Notes: a model not told the origin generated them from the letters alone. A DNA stretch of 28,457 bases from Bacteroidales bacterium (GCA_030632545.1 DAOVUO010000001.1:1-28457), one strand, 5' to 3'. Numbered from the stretch's first letter, positions 1-9,729 are shown. A program made the numbers and translations.

Positions 1-51
1 ACTTAATTTGCGCTTTTTTTATATTAAGGGATTGTGATGGAATAAATTGAC

Positions 52-170
52 AGTTTTAAACCAAGTTATTTTGTTTTTTAACAAGTTGAAAAATCTGCGA
101 ATAGCGAGCTATTTAAAGAATTTTCAAGGAAGTTAAAAGGCAAAAGAACAAGTTTTAAGCCAAGTTATTT
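52..170. repeat. Two copies of a 20-bp direct repeat (19/20 identical), 99 bp apart
   Basis: 52-71 AGTTTTAAACCAAGTTATTT and 151-170 AGTTTTAAGCCAAGTTATTT; the second copy contains the stop codon of the TPR/PP2C gene. Confidence 0.7.
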
Positions 171-2966
171 CGGAACAATCCCTAAGCTAAATCCTATAAC
201 AATCACATCATCAATTTGCTCTCGAGTTCCACGCCAAGTTTCAAATTCATTTTGAACAGAAATTTGCTGCTCATGCATTTTCTGCTGATTTATACTTAGT
301 AAAAAATTCTTTAATCTCTTAGACAAATATTTTCGCCCCGATTCTCCACCAAATTGATCAACAAAACCATCGCTAAACAAATAAAGAGTATCTCCCTCGT
401 TATAAGGAATTGCATTATTTGTAAACTCATGAACCTTACCACTATGAATTCCAATTGGCATTTTATCAGCCTTCCATTCATGTAAAACTAGTCCGTTATT
501 TTCAATTTTTATATCAGACTGATAATCATCTCTGTTTGAAATTAAATATAATGGATTATAAGCACCAGCGTAATCTATTTTCTTGTTCTCCATATCAATA
601 ACTAATAACGAAATATCCATACCATCTTTCGCTTCATCCATTTTCCCCGTTTGATGAAGCGAGCTGATAACTAAACTCCTCAGTTTTTCAAGAATAATTG
701 AAGCCTTACTAACTGGTTCTTCGCCAACAATCCTATTCAAATACGAAATTCCCAACATACTCATAAATGCACCAGGCACTCCATGTCCAGTACAATCTCC
801 AGCTACAATAACAATTTTTTGTTCCTGTTGACTAATCCAATAAAAATCACCACTAACAATATCCCTTGGCCTATAAAAAACAAAATTTTCTGGTAAAAAT
901 TCATTAAAATAGCCTGTTGGCGGCAATACTGCTTGTTGAATTCTTCTCGCATATACAATACTTGAAGTCATTGATTCTTTTTGTCTAGCTATCTCATTTC
1001 TATGTACTTCAATCCTATTTCTCTGTTTTTCTATCTCTTCTTTTTGCTTAGCAAGTTCACTATTATGCTCAGCCAGTAATTTATTTGTTCGTTTACTTTG
1101 CTTATTTAAACGAATCAATAGAAAAACAAGCACAATACCAAGCAATAATGCACTTCCAAGACCAGCAATCTGCCAATTACGTTTTTCTAAATCCTGTTCT
1201 CTTTCACGTATTTTTAATTCACTTATAGTATTTTCTTGATTTAAAATGTCAATCTCTTGTTTTTGTTTTTCCTTATGGTATTTAGAAATAACTCGCTCTG
1301 CTTTTAATCGGCCAACCATTCGACTTAACTTCCTCGATACTTGAGCTTTTTTAGCAAGAACACTTTTCATTCTCAAACCATAATCATCCTCCAAGTTTTG
1401 AGTTTTATACTTATATTTTTGATGTAAAATACTAATCTGACGTGTTTTTTCTTCTGAAACAGAAAAACGCAATTCTGAATATTTTTTATAATACTCTAGT
1501 GATTTAGCACAATCATCTGCACTCGCAAAAATTTCGGCTAAACTCCTATAATTATTGAAAAGAACCTCATTCAAATCCAACTCTTGGGATATTTGCAAAC
1601 TTTGACTCAATAATAATTTTGCTGTATCAATTTTTCCCATTTTCAAATAAGCATTTGCCTGATTATGTAATGCTATTGCCATTCCTTTTAAGTATTTTAA
1701 CTCAAGGCTTAATTCTTTAGATTGATTATAATAATTAACTGCCTGATTATAATCTTTTTCATCAAATTTCACATTACCAATATTATTTAAAGTAATAGCT
1801 TGTTCTTTCATATATCCGTGCTTCCTTGCTAGTTCCAGCGAACGAAAATAGTTTTGCAAAGCATCCGACCAGCGTTCTTTTTCATAATATATTACACCAA
1901 TATTATTATACGTTAACAATTTCTCTTCCTCATTATTAAGCCTATCCTCTAAATTAAGTGCGTGATTATAAAATTTTAATGCACTATCAAAATCCTCGGT
2001 GGAATAATATAGATTCCCAATATTATAATTAAGCTGTGCCTGCTCCTCTTCTTTATTCTGATTTTTATAAATATTCAATGCTTTTTGATAATTGTATAAT
2101 GCCTCATCAAACATTAATTTGCTATCATAAACTGAAGCAATATTATTATACAAAATTGGTAGGTTGGATGAATTTTGCTTATTTTTTTCAATACTTAAAG
2201 ACTTCTGATAAGATGATAATGCCAATTTCCAATTACCTTGATAAAACTCGATGTTTCCTTTATTAAGCAATAAAGTTGAATATAATTCGGAATTTGCGCT
2301 GCTATCAATCTTACTAAAAGCCTCGTTTATTGCCTCCAACGATTTCGTAAGCTTGTTTTGTTGCTGATAATCAAGTGCTAATTCTAGCATGGCCTCTGCC
2401 TGTGCGAGAGGCGTTTCATTAATTATACTGTCCGACAATTCATTAATATCTTGTAACTCTGGTTGATTTTCAATATTACCATATTTTGATTGGATGGAAA
2501 TATTTTTAATTATCAGATTTGACTCATTATACATCATTCCCTGCAAAATATGTACTTGTCTTACATCAAAAGGTAATTTTGCATATACGCACTCGGCAGT
2601 ATACACCTCAGCATCAGCTTCTTCGTAATACTGTTCTGCTGGATTAATCTGTTCTTTACCAGCTATTAATAAGCCATTTTTTCTGAGATTTTGAATAAGC
2701 TGTAAATTACTAACTTGAAGACGATTATTTACATTAACCAAATTCCATGTATATGAAGTAAATGCACCACTAAATGTAATCAGCTCACCAGCTTTAGGCG
2801 TAATTCGTATATAAAAAATAGTATGTAAATTCGTATAAGCTACTGAATCAATAAATACTCCTGTTTTATTTGACTCGTACTGCATATTTACATCTACAAA
2901 TTCATTTTGAGCATTTAAGCTCCCAATAACTATAAATAGAAATATTAAAGTAAGTTTTATTCTCAT
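165..2966 (-). CDS. Membrane-anchored TPR-repeat sensor with C-terminal SpoIIE/PP2C-family (RsbU-like) Ser/Thr phosphatase domain
   Basis: N-terminal signal peptide; multiple TPR repeats (e.g. YNNIASVY..ALYNYQKAL, YNNIGVIY..AL, LNNIGNV); one TM (WQIAGLGSALLLGIVLVFLLIRL); coiled coil; PP2C motifs SGDFYW, GDCTGHGVPGAFMSM, DGMDIS, LFSDGFVDQFGG, DDVIVIG. Confidence 0.88.
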   Translation of the reverse strand: MRIKLTLIFLFIVIGSLNAQNEFVDVNMQYESNKTGVFIDSVAYTNLHTIFYIRITPKAGELITFSGAFTSYTWNLVNVNNRLQVSNLQLIQNLRKNGLLIAGKEQINPAEQYYEEADAEVYTAECVYAKLPFDVRQVHILQGMMYNESNLIIKNISIQSKYGNIENQPELQDINELSDSIINETPLAQAEAMLELALDYQQQNKLTKSLEAINEAFSKIDSSANSELYSTLLLNKGNIEFYQGNWKLALSSYQKSLSIEKNKQNSSNLPILYNNIASVYDSKLMFDEALYNYQKALNIYKNQNKEEEQAQLNYNIGNLYYSTEDFDSALKFYNHALNLEDRLNNEEEKLLTYNNIGVIYYEKERWSDALQNYFRSLELARKHGYMKEQAITLNNIGNVKFDEKDYNQAVNYYNQSKELSLELKYLKGMAIALHNQANAYLKMGKIDTAKLLLSQSLQISQELDLNEVLFNNYRSLAEIFASADDCAKSLEYYKKYSELRFSVSEEKTRQISILHQKYKYKTQNLEDDYGLRMKSVLAKKAQVSRKLSRMVGRLKAERVISKYHKEKQKQEIDILNQENTISELKIREREQDLEKRNWQIAGLGSALLLGIVLVFLLIRLNKQSKRTNKLLAEHNSELAKQKEEIEKQRNRIEVHRNEIARQKESMTSSIVYARRIQQAVLPPTGYFNEFLPENFVFYRPRDIVSGDFYWISQQEQKIVIVAGDCTGHGVPGAFMSMLGISYLNRIVGEEPVSKASIILEKLRSLVISSLHQTGKMDEAKDGMDISLLVIDMENKKIDYAGAYNPLYLISNRDDYQSDIKIENNGLVLHEWKADKMPIGIHSGKVHEFTNNAIPYNEGDTLYLFSDGFVDQFGGESGRKYLSKRLKNFLLSINQQKMHEQQISVQNEFETWRGTREQIDDVIVIGFSLGIVPK

Positions 2967-3208
2967 GTGATAAAAATTATACTTAGACTAAAAATTCGTT
3001 GATTTACTAATTGATAAAAAACGTGGGGCAAAACAAATTCTACCGTATCTCAATGCTAAAGTTACAAAATCTATACGAAAAGAATATTATTTTAAATAAT
3101 AATTAATTAAAATAATTCTAAAAACGAAAAACTGCTCTTAACTTTATAACTAATCAGCTTAGAACCACAAGTAACTAATTAAAGTTTTTTTTGATTACGA
3201 AGCCCCTA

Positions 3209-3949
3209 TTATACAGATTTCCAAACCAATCTAACTGTCAGGAATATTTTATCATCTTTATCTTGCAAGCTAAGTATATGCTCCTTTTTACTCAATTCAT
3301 TATGTACATAAGCAAATAGTTTCTGACCATATTTAGCTTCTTTTAAAAAATTTATCTCAATTTCAAACGGACGGTGCTTCGAAAGAAATTCTAAAGGATA
3401 ACTATCTAAAATTTTTCTTACATAACTAACATTATTGGCGTGCAAATTTAAATCTAAATCAGAATAAAGAATTTCAGATTCACGAAGTAAATTTCTCATT
3501 TTTGGCACAACAATTTTTTGTGGCTTTTCCTCTACTGCCACTTTATCTGTAGTATGGTCAAGACTCTCAAGTACATTTGACATTCGTATAGGACGATGAT
3601 TTACAGCATCTAAAACTAGCCAAGTGCTGGTTGCCGTAACCATTTCATTATCAAAAGAGTCGGTAATGATAAAATCACGATAAGCGGCAAGACTATCGGC
3701 AGTTTTTGGCCAAGTTTGAAGTTTTAGCTCAGTTTTCCATTTTGGAATAGAATTAATTTTTACCAAAAAACGAGATAATACCCAAAACTGTTTTTTTTCT
3801 TTCATATTATCCCAACCAAATCCTAAAGTTTCAGCATGGCGCGAAGCTCCATCTTGTAATCTGTTTATAAGACTAATTAAATCTAACTCCTGAAATAAGT
3901 TGGCTTCGTAGGTACGAACGGTAAAATTATCTGTCCAAATTTTTTGCAT
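3209..3949 (-). CDS. Acyl-ACP thioesterase (FatA/FatB-like double hotdog)
   Basis: N-terminal FTVRTYEAN..LQDGASRHAETLG, WVLSR, TWP, STWLVLD...RPIR, and C-terminal catalytic-type motif SDLDLNLHANNVSY. Confidence 0.88.
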   Translation of the reverse strand: MQKIWTDNFTVRTYEANLFQELDLISLINRLQDGASRHAETLGFGWDNMKEKKQFWVLSRFLVKINSIPKWKTELKLQTWPKTADSLAAYRDFIITDSFDNEMVTATSTWLVLDAVNHRPIRMSNVLESLDHTTDKVAVEEKPQKIVVPKMRNLLRESEILYSDLDLNLHANNVSYVRKILDSYPLEFLSKHRPFEIEINFLKEAKYGQKLFAYVHNELSKKEHILSLQDKDDKIFLTVRLVWKSV

Positions 3950-3951
3950 AA

Positions 3952-5136
3952 TTATTTATTAAAATTGGTTTGAAGACCAATTGGACTTGCATAAGTTTTT
4001 ACATCTTCGGCATCAATTTTATCATTACAGAGTATAATTAAACGTTCAATTACGTTTCTGAATTCACGGACATTCCCTGTCCAATTTATTTTCTGAAGCT
4101 CAGCAATAGCATTATCAGTTAACTCGGGCTTAGAAGAACCACTTTCTTCGCAAATTAGATTTATAAAATGCCTAGCTAAAAGTGGAATATCATCAAGTCG
4201 TTGATTTAATGTTGGTACTTGTATTAAAATAACACTTAAACGATGATAAAGATCCTCTCTAAAATTACCATTTTTTATTTCTTGCTCAATATTTTTATTC
4301 GTTGCAGCTATAACACGCACATCTACTTTAATGTCTCTATCACTACCAACTCTCGAAATTTTATTTTCTTGTAAAGCTCTCAATACTTTAGCTTGCGCAG
4401 ATAAGCTCATATCTCCAATTTCATCTAAAAATATTGTTCCACCAATGGCTTGTTCAAATTTTCCTTTACGCTGCTTATGCGCTGAAGTAAAAGCCCCTTT
4501 TTCATGCCCAAACAATTCACTTTCAATCAATTCAGATGGAATTGCGGCACAATTTACTTCAATAAACATATTTCCTGCACGTATGCTTTTTTCATGTACC
4601 CACCGTGCCACGACTTCTTTTCCTGTTCCGTTAGCACCAGTAATTAAAACACGTGCATCAGTAGCAGCTATTTTATCAATTATAGCTTTTATTTGATTAA
4701 TTGCTGGAGATTCGCCTATCATATCGTAGGCTTTACTCACTTTTTTGCGTAATTTTTTAGTTTCTGTAATTAAATGAGTTTTATCTAGGGCATTACGTAC
4801 TGTGATAAGTAAGCGATTCAAATCAAGCGGTTTTTCGATAAAATCAAATGCTCCTTTTTTAATTGCCTCCACGGCTGTATCTAAAGAAGCATGCCCACTA
4901 ATCATTATAACAGGAACATCAGTACCCATTTCAAAAATAGAGTCTAAAACTTCAATGCCATCCATCCCTGGCATTTTTATATCTAATAATATGACATCAT
5001 ATTTTCCATTCTTTATTTTCTCTAGTCCAACAAGACCATCTTCTGCTATATCAACCTTATATTCTTCGTACTCCAAAACATCTTTAAGTGTATTTCGTAT
5101 CGCTCTTTCATCATCAATGACTAGGACTTGTGCCAT
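3952..5136 (-). CDS. Sigma54-interacting response regulator (NtrC/NtrX family: REC + AAA+), no C-terminal HTH visible
   Basis: REC domain (VIDDE, LLDIKMPGMDG, ISGH, FIEKP); Walker A GANGTGKE; ESELFGHEKGAFTSA; Walker B IFLDEIG; EDLYHRLSV; WTGNVRE. The ORF ends about 25 aa after the AAA+ domain. Confidence 0.9.
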   Translation of the reverse strand: MAQVLVIDDERAIRNTLKDVLEYEEYKVDIAEDGLVGLEKIKNGKYDVILLDIKMPGMDGIEVLDSIFEMGTDVPVIMISGHASLDTAVEAIKKGAFDFIEKPLDLNRLLITVRNALDKTHLITETKKLRKKVSKAYDMIGESPAINQIKAIIDKIAATDARVLITGANGTGKEVVARWVHEKSIRAGNMFIEVNCAAIPSELIESELFGHEKGAFTSAHKQRKGKFEQAIGGTIFLDEIGDMSLSAQAKVLRALQENKISRVGSDRDIKVDVRVIAATNKNIEQEIKNGNFREDLYHRLSVILIQVPTLNQRLDDIPLLARHFINLICEESGSSKPELTDNAIAELQKINWTGNVREFRNVIERLIILCNDKIDAEDVKTYASPIGLQTNFNK

Positions 5137-5410
5137 AATTATTTTACATTTTTCGAATTTGAAAGCAAATTAGTAAAAAAACTTGATATTATTAAAAATA
5201 TTCGATTTTATTCTGCTAAAATCACTAATTTCCAATTATTCAAGCTTAAAATAACACAAAATAAATCACACTAATCTATATACTCATCAATATAAATCAA
5301 TAGATTACACTTCCATACATTAAATATATATTGTTTTTATGTAAAAAAACTAAACTATATAAAACAGCATATTCTTTGAGCCTTCAAAATTTAAACAAAA
5401 ACAAGTATAT

Positions 5411-5444
5411 AAAAAAAGCGTCTGCACATTGAGTACAGACGCTT
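5411..5444 (-). terminator. Intrinsic terminator downstream of clpX
   Basis: Minus strand reads AAGCGTCTGTAC-TCAAT-GTGCAGACGCTT (12-bp stem with one G-U) followed by a T run, about 20 nt after the clpX stop. Confidence 0.8.
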
Positions 5445-5464
5445 ACATTCCGTTATAAAATTAT

Positions 5465-6679
5465 TTATGCAATTCTTAATCTCTGAACACTTGCCTGCTC
5501 CATTTTTTGCTTGGCATAATCAAGTGTAACTGTATAATTTTCAACTTTTTCAGATGGTAAATCAAACATAGCATCTACCATAATTGCTTCACAAATTGAA
5601 CGTAATCCTCTAGCACCAAGTTTAAACTCAACAGCTTTATCTACAATATAATCAAGCACATCTTTCTCAAATTCTAAATGGATTCCATCCATTTCAAAAA
5701 GCTTATTATATTGTTTAATAATAGAATTTTTCGGCTCTGTAAGAATAAGGCGCAAAGCATCTCTATCTAACGGGTTTAGATGAGTTAAAACTGGCATTCT
5801 ACCTATTATTTCAGGAATAAGGCCAAAAGATCTTAAATCCTGAGGTGCAACATATTGCAATAAGTTATCTTTATCCAACGAACCTGCATCTTTATCTACC
5901 CCATAACCAACTACTTTCGTATTCAGCCTTTGTGCAATTTTACGCTCAATACCATCAAAAGCTCCCCCTGTTATAAACAATATATTTTTGGTATTTACAG
6001 GTATCATTTTTTGATCTGGATGCTTACGTCCTCCTTGTGGCGGCACATTTACAATAGCTCCTTCAAGTAGCTTTAATAATCCTTGCTGAACACCTTCGCC
6101 AGAAACATCGCGCGTAATTGAAGGATTATCTCCTTTACGTGCAATTTTATCTAATTCATCAATAAAAACTATTCCTCGCTCAGCAGAAGCCAAATCATAA
6201 TCAGCCGCCTGTAATAAACGTGTAAGAATACTTTCAATATCCTCTCCTACATAACCTGCCTCTGTCAAAACGGTGGCATCTACTATAGTAAACGGAACAT
6301 GAAGCATACGTGCAATTGTACGTGCAAGTAAGGTTTTTCCTGTACCAGTTCTACCAACAAGCAAAATGTTGGATTTTTCAATTTCTACATCATCATTAGT
6401 CTTTTCTTGTGTTAAGCGCTTATAATGATTATAAACAGCCACAGAAAGCACTTTTTTTGCTTCTTTTTGACCAATAACATATTGATCTAAAAAAGCTTTT
6501 ATTTCCCTAGGTTTAAGTAATTTAACTTCGCTTAACTTAAAATCATCATCTCGCTTAACCTCTTCGTTTACAATATCGTAAGCCTGTTTTGCACAACTCT
6601 CACAAATATGTCCCGAAACTCCCGCGATTAATAAATTTACTTCCCCTCTATTCCTTCCACAAAACGAACATTTATCCAT
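5465..6679 (-). CDS. clpX: ATP-dependent Clp protease ATP-binding subunit ClpX
   Basis: Zn-binding CSFCG...ICESC; YVIGQ; Walker A GRTGTGKT; [14 protein letters not shown]; Walker B FIDELDKI; [14 protein letters not shown]; GARGLRS. Confidence 0.97.
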   Translation of the reverse strand: MDKCSFCGRNRGEVNLLIAGVSGHICESCAKQAYDIVNEEVKRDDDFKLSEVKLLKPREIKAFLDQYVIGQKEAKKVLSVAVYNHYKRLTQEKTNDDVEIEKSNILLVGRTGTGKTLLARTIARMLHVPFTIVDATVLTEAGYVGEDIESILTRLLQAADYDLASAERGIVFIDELDKIARKGDNPSITRDVSGEGVQQGLLKLLEGAIVNVPPQGGRKHPDQKMIPVNTKNILFITGGAFDGIERKIAQRLNTKVVGYGVDKDAGSLDKDNLLQYVAPQDLRSFGLIPEIIGRMPVLTHLNPLDRDALRLILTEPKNSIIKQYNKLFEMDGIHLEFEKDVLDYIVDKAVEFKLGARGLRSICEAIMVDAMFDLPSEKVENYTVTLDYAKQKMEQASVQRLRIA

Positions 6680-6691
6680 ACTTCCTCTCTA

Positions 6692-7381
6692 TCAAATCTT
6701 TACTAAAACTTCATCAATCATTCCATATTCCTTAGCTTCTTCGGATGTCATCCAATAGTCGCGATCACTGTTTTCTTCAACTTTTTCAATTGTCTGGCCT
6801 GAATGATGCGCAATTATTGTATATAACTCTTTTTTAAGCTTATTTATTTCTCTTGCTGTAATTTCAATATCCGAAGCCTGTCCTTGAGCACCACCCATTG
6901 GCTGATGAATCATTACACGAGAATGCTTAAGAGCAGTACGTTTACCTTTTGCACCGGCTGTTAAAAGAACAGCTCCCATAGATGCAGCCATACCCGTACA
7001 AGTTGTTGACACATCAGCATTTATATACTGCATAGTATCGTAAATACCTAATCCAGCATAAACTGAACCACCTGGAGTATTAAAATAAATTTGAATATCT
7101 TTTGTTGGGTCGGTTGATTCAAGAAACAAAAGCTGCGCTTGAACAATATTTGCTACCTCATCGTAAATAGGCATTCCCAAAAAAATAATTCTATCCATCA
7201 TTAAACGAGAAAAAACATCCATTTCTGCAATATTTAACTGACGTTCTTCGATAATTCGAGGAGTTATTGAATTATAATACTGAGCATTAAATGTAGACTG
7301 AAATTGATGCATAGTTAAGCTATTAATTCCTACATGCTTAACTGCGTATTTTCTAAATTCATCATTAGGTATCATACTCAT
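6692..7381 (-). CDS. clpP: ATP-dependent Clp protease proteolytic subunit ClpP
   Basis: MDVFSRLMMDRIIFLG; NTPGGSVYAGLGIYDTMQ; catalytic Ser in AASMGA, His in MIHQP, Asp in SDRDYWM. Confidence 0.97.
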   Translation of the reverse strand: MSMIPNDEFRKYAVKHVGINSLTMHQFQSTFNAQYYNSITPRIIEERQLNIAEMDVFSRLMMDRIIFLGMPIYDEVANIVQAQLLFLESTDPTKDIQIYFNTPGGSVYAGLGIYDTMQYINADVSTTCTGMAASMGAVLLTAGAKGKRTALKHSRVMIHQPMGGAQGQASDIEITAREINKLKKELYTIIAHHSGQTIEKVEENSDRDYWMTSEEAKEYGMIDEVLVKI

Positions 7382-7407
7382 TTTTGTATATTTTTTATAT
7401 TAATGTG

Positions 7408-7415
7408 CAAATGTA
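7408..7415 (-). promoter_or_regulatory. Putative Bacteroidota sigmaA -7 element for clpP-clpX
   Basis: Minus strand TACATTTG(CA) matches TAnnTTTG, 26 nt upstream of the clpP ATG; no canonical -33 TTTG seen. Confidence 0.6.
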
Positions 7416-7557
7416 AGTATATTTTTTTACTTGATTTTTATAAACTTTCACTTTATGCAAAAAAAATGAACTGCAATATTCTAAAAATAGAATAAACCAT
7501 ATTTTTTTTTCACATTCAAAAAGCTGCAACAACAATCAGCGACTTACTTCTAACAAT

Positions 7558-9729
7558 TTAATCAATTTGAAGATTAGTCATATTTTTAGTCAAATTAAAA
7601 TCGTAATCTGGATACTCAAATATTGAAGCTCTTTTTTCAGAATAGCTAAAAGAATAATTCCATATAGATTCGTATTCCTGAATATCCTCGCCAAACTCTT
7701 TCAATTGCATTAAAAAAGAATAAATTGATTTTGACTCAATAATATCCACCTTTTCCATTTTTTGGATTATTGGACTATGCTTTCTATTACTATCATGATC
7801 AAATCTAAGAATTCTACGTCCATCGAGACTCAAACCTATGACTCTAAATCCAAGGCTTTTACCTACACCAGGCAAATTCAAAACAGTTTTATCGGTAGCT
7901 AAAAATGGTATATCAGCAAAATTACGAATTTCATCAAGCTCCTTTGCAATATCAATTGTTTTCTCTACTAAAGAGTTAATTTTTTCATTTAATTCATCAG
8001 GATATCGTCCCCAAATTTTTTCTTCCTTCAACTCTTGAACAGCTCTAGCATTAGTCGCAAAATTCACAATATTCTCATTAAAACCTTTAACTGTAAATGT
8101 ATAATATGGTATTACACCAATGTCATTCAACACTTTACGTAATTTTGCTGTATGGCCTCTACGTGCAGCAGCCGACGTAAGAACTAATTGATTTGTAACC
8201 AACCAACCTGCTTTTGAAATATTTTCAATTGCATTCTTTGCTTCTGGTGTTATCTCCATTGCTGACTCAAAATGTGTTTGCACCACAAATTGTTTAAGTC
8301 CAAGTTTTGCAGCTTTTTCCTTAAATTCCTTCAGAATCTTAATCAAATCGGGTGTTATGCGCTGCGGCAAATAAGCAAAAATTCTCGTTCCTAATCTTAC
8401 CCTTAACATTTCTGCATATTTTCCACCATCTGGACGCTTAATATTTGCTTCTTTTTTTCTCTTTGCCATATCGTAAACAGCATCAAGAATCATTTTCAAT
8501 GATTTATCGCTACTCATAAAGGCATCACCACCAGTAATTAAAATATCTCTTAATTGCGAATCATTTTCAAAATAATCTAAATATCTTTTCAAGCGTTTTG
8601 GCCAAGTATCTTCAGGAGATAATTTATCCAAATTAAAATTAAGATCGCCTCTCTGAAAACCGTACATACGTTGACATGAAACACATAAACCAGCGCAAGC
8701 ACGTCCCATTGTTGAAGGAATTAAAATGGCTACTTCTGGATAACGGCGATGGACACTATCATGTGATGGCAGAAGCCATCCTGCTGCATTTGGCTTTCCT
8801 GGCTCAACAATATCTTCCTTTTCCCAAGCTTTTATATCACCAAACTCATCTATTAACTCCTGACTATAAATCACATACTGCCTAATTGTTAAATCATTTC
8901 CTTTAGCTTTAGTATTTAATAAACTAAGATAATGCAAATTTACAAAAAATGGAATCCCTTTCTTTACTGCTTTATGCAAAACATCCATAGTTTTGGCATC
9001 AAACGAATTATCTAGTAATTCATTTAATAAAATTGGATTACGAACAGCAAATTGCAGATGAAAAGTTTTATCATTCCACCATTTATTCATTAAAATTAAC
9101 TTCTCTTCAAAACTTGTATTTTCAGGCCAATTATATTTTGCCCGAACAATTTCACCTTTGTCTATTTTATTTATTAATATCCTTATTATTCTATCTTTGT
9201 TTTCTTTACGTTCAAGAATAACATCATTGTCTAAACCAGAAGAATGTCGTTGCATCCAATTCTCTACATCTTTTTTTGTTGCCTTTGGAAATACAAAATA
9301 TCCTGACAACTGGCGAAATAGATATAAAAAATCATAAGCAAAATCAACAGAAACTATTTCGTTAAACTTTAAATACTGGAATAATATTTCTAATGGTCGA
9401 TTAATAATCTCAATAGAATTATTATTTAAATCATCGAGTTTAAGTCCATTATTATCAATATAATCTAATAATCGTATTACAGCAATACTCCTATTACTAG
9501 GCTCTGCTTTCCCATGTATATATTGATTATTATAAAGCTGAAATGCATTAATATCATTTTTCAGCAAATCAAATAAATACTCTTTTAAATTCTGAAAAAA
9601 AGTTTCAATTGAATTTGATTGGTTTAATAAATTTGCTAGCTCAGGATTTTCATTTAAAATATCAGTTCTAATCTGAATGACTAATTCTTTTTTATTTTGA
9701 ATTCTTGTGTTATTAAGAAGTTCAAACAT
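7558..9729 (-). CDS. Long KamA-family radical SAM/PLP 2,3-aminomutase-like enzyme (substrate probably not lysine)
   Basis: HRRYPEVA; CxxxCxxC (CAGLCVSC, C345/349/352) followed by QR; LITGGDAFM; RLGTR..LPQRIT; THFE..EIT; NQLVL; PYYTF; C-terminal NLPGVGK (PLP-lysine region). About 220 aa longer at the N-terminus than clostridial KamA. Confidence 0.88.
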   Translation of the reverse strand: MFELLNNTRIQNKKELVIQIRTDILNENPELANLLNQSNSIETFFQNLKEYLFDLLKNDINAFQLYNNQYIHGKAEPSNRSIAVIRLLDYIDNNGLKLDDLNNNSIEIINRPLEILFQYLKFNEIVSVDFAYDFLYLFRQLSGYFVFPKATKKDVENWMQRHSSGLDNDVILERKENKDRIIRILINKIDKGEIVRAKYNWPENTSFEEKLILMNKWWNDKTFHLQFAVRNPILLNELLDNSFDAKTMDVLHKAVKKGIPFFVNLHYLSLLNTKAKGNDLTIRQYVIYSQELIDEFGDIKAWEKEDIVEPGKPNAAGWLLPSHDSVHRRYPEVAILIPSTMGRACAGLCVSCQRMYGFQRGDLNFNLDKLSPEDTWPKRLKRYLDYFENDSQLRDILITGGDAFMSSDKSLKMILDAVYDMAKRKKEANIKRPDGGKYAEMLRVRLGTRIFAYLPQRITPDLIKILKEFKEKAAKLGLKQFVVQTHFESAMEITPEAKNAIENISKAGWLVTNQLVLTSAAARRGHTAKLRKVLNDIGVIPYYTFTVKGFNENIVNFATNARAVQELKEEKIWGRYPDELNEKINSLVEKTIDIAKELDEIRNFADIPFLATDKTVLNLPGVGKSLGFRVIGLSLDGRRILRFDHDSNRKHSPIIQKMEKVDIIESKSIYSFLMQLKEFGEDIQEYESIWNYSFSYSEKRASIFEYPDYDFNLTKNMTNLQID

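Noticed and set aside
1-20. GCGC followed by a T run at the window edge, possibly the 3' arm of a plus-strand terminator
   Set aside because: The other arm would lie outside the window, so it cannot be verified.
5272-5307. 8-bp inverted repeat TAATCTAT / ATAGATTA with a 20-nt spacer upstream of the response regulator
   Set aside because: Low-complexity AT-rich match, compatible with chance; no second site found.
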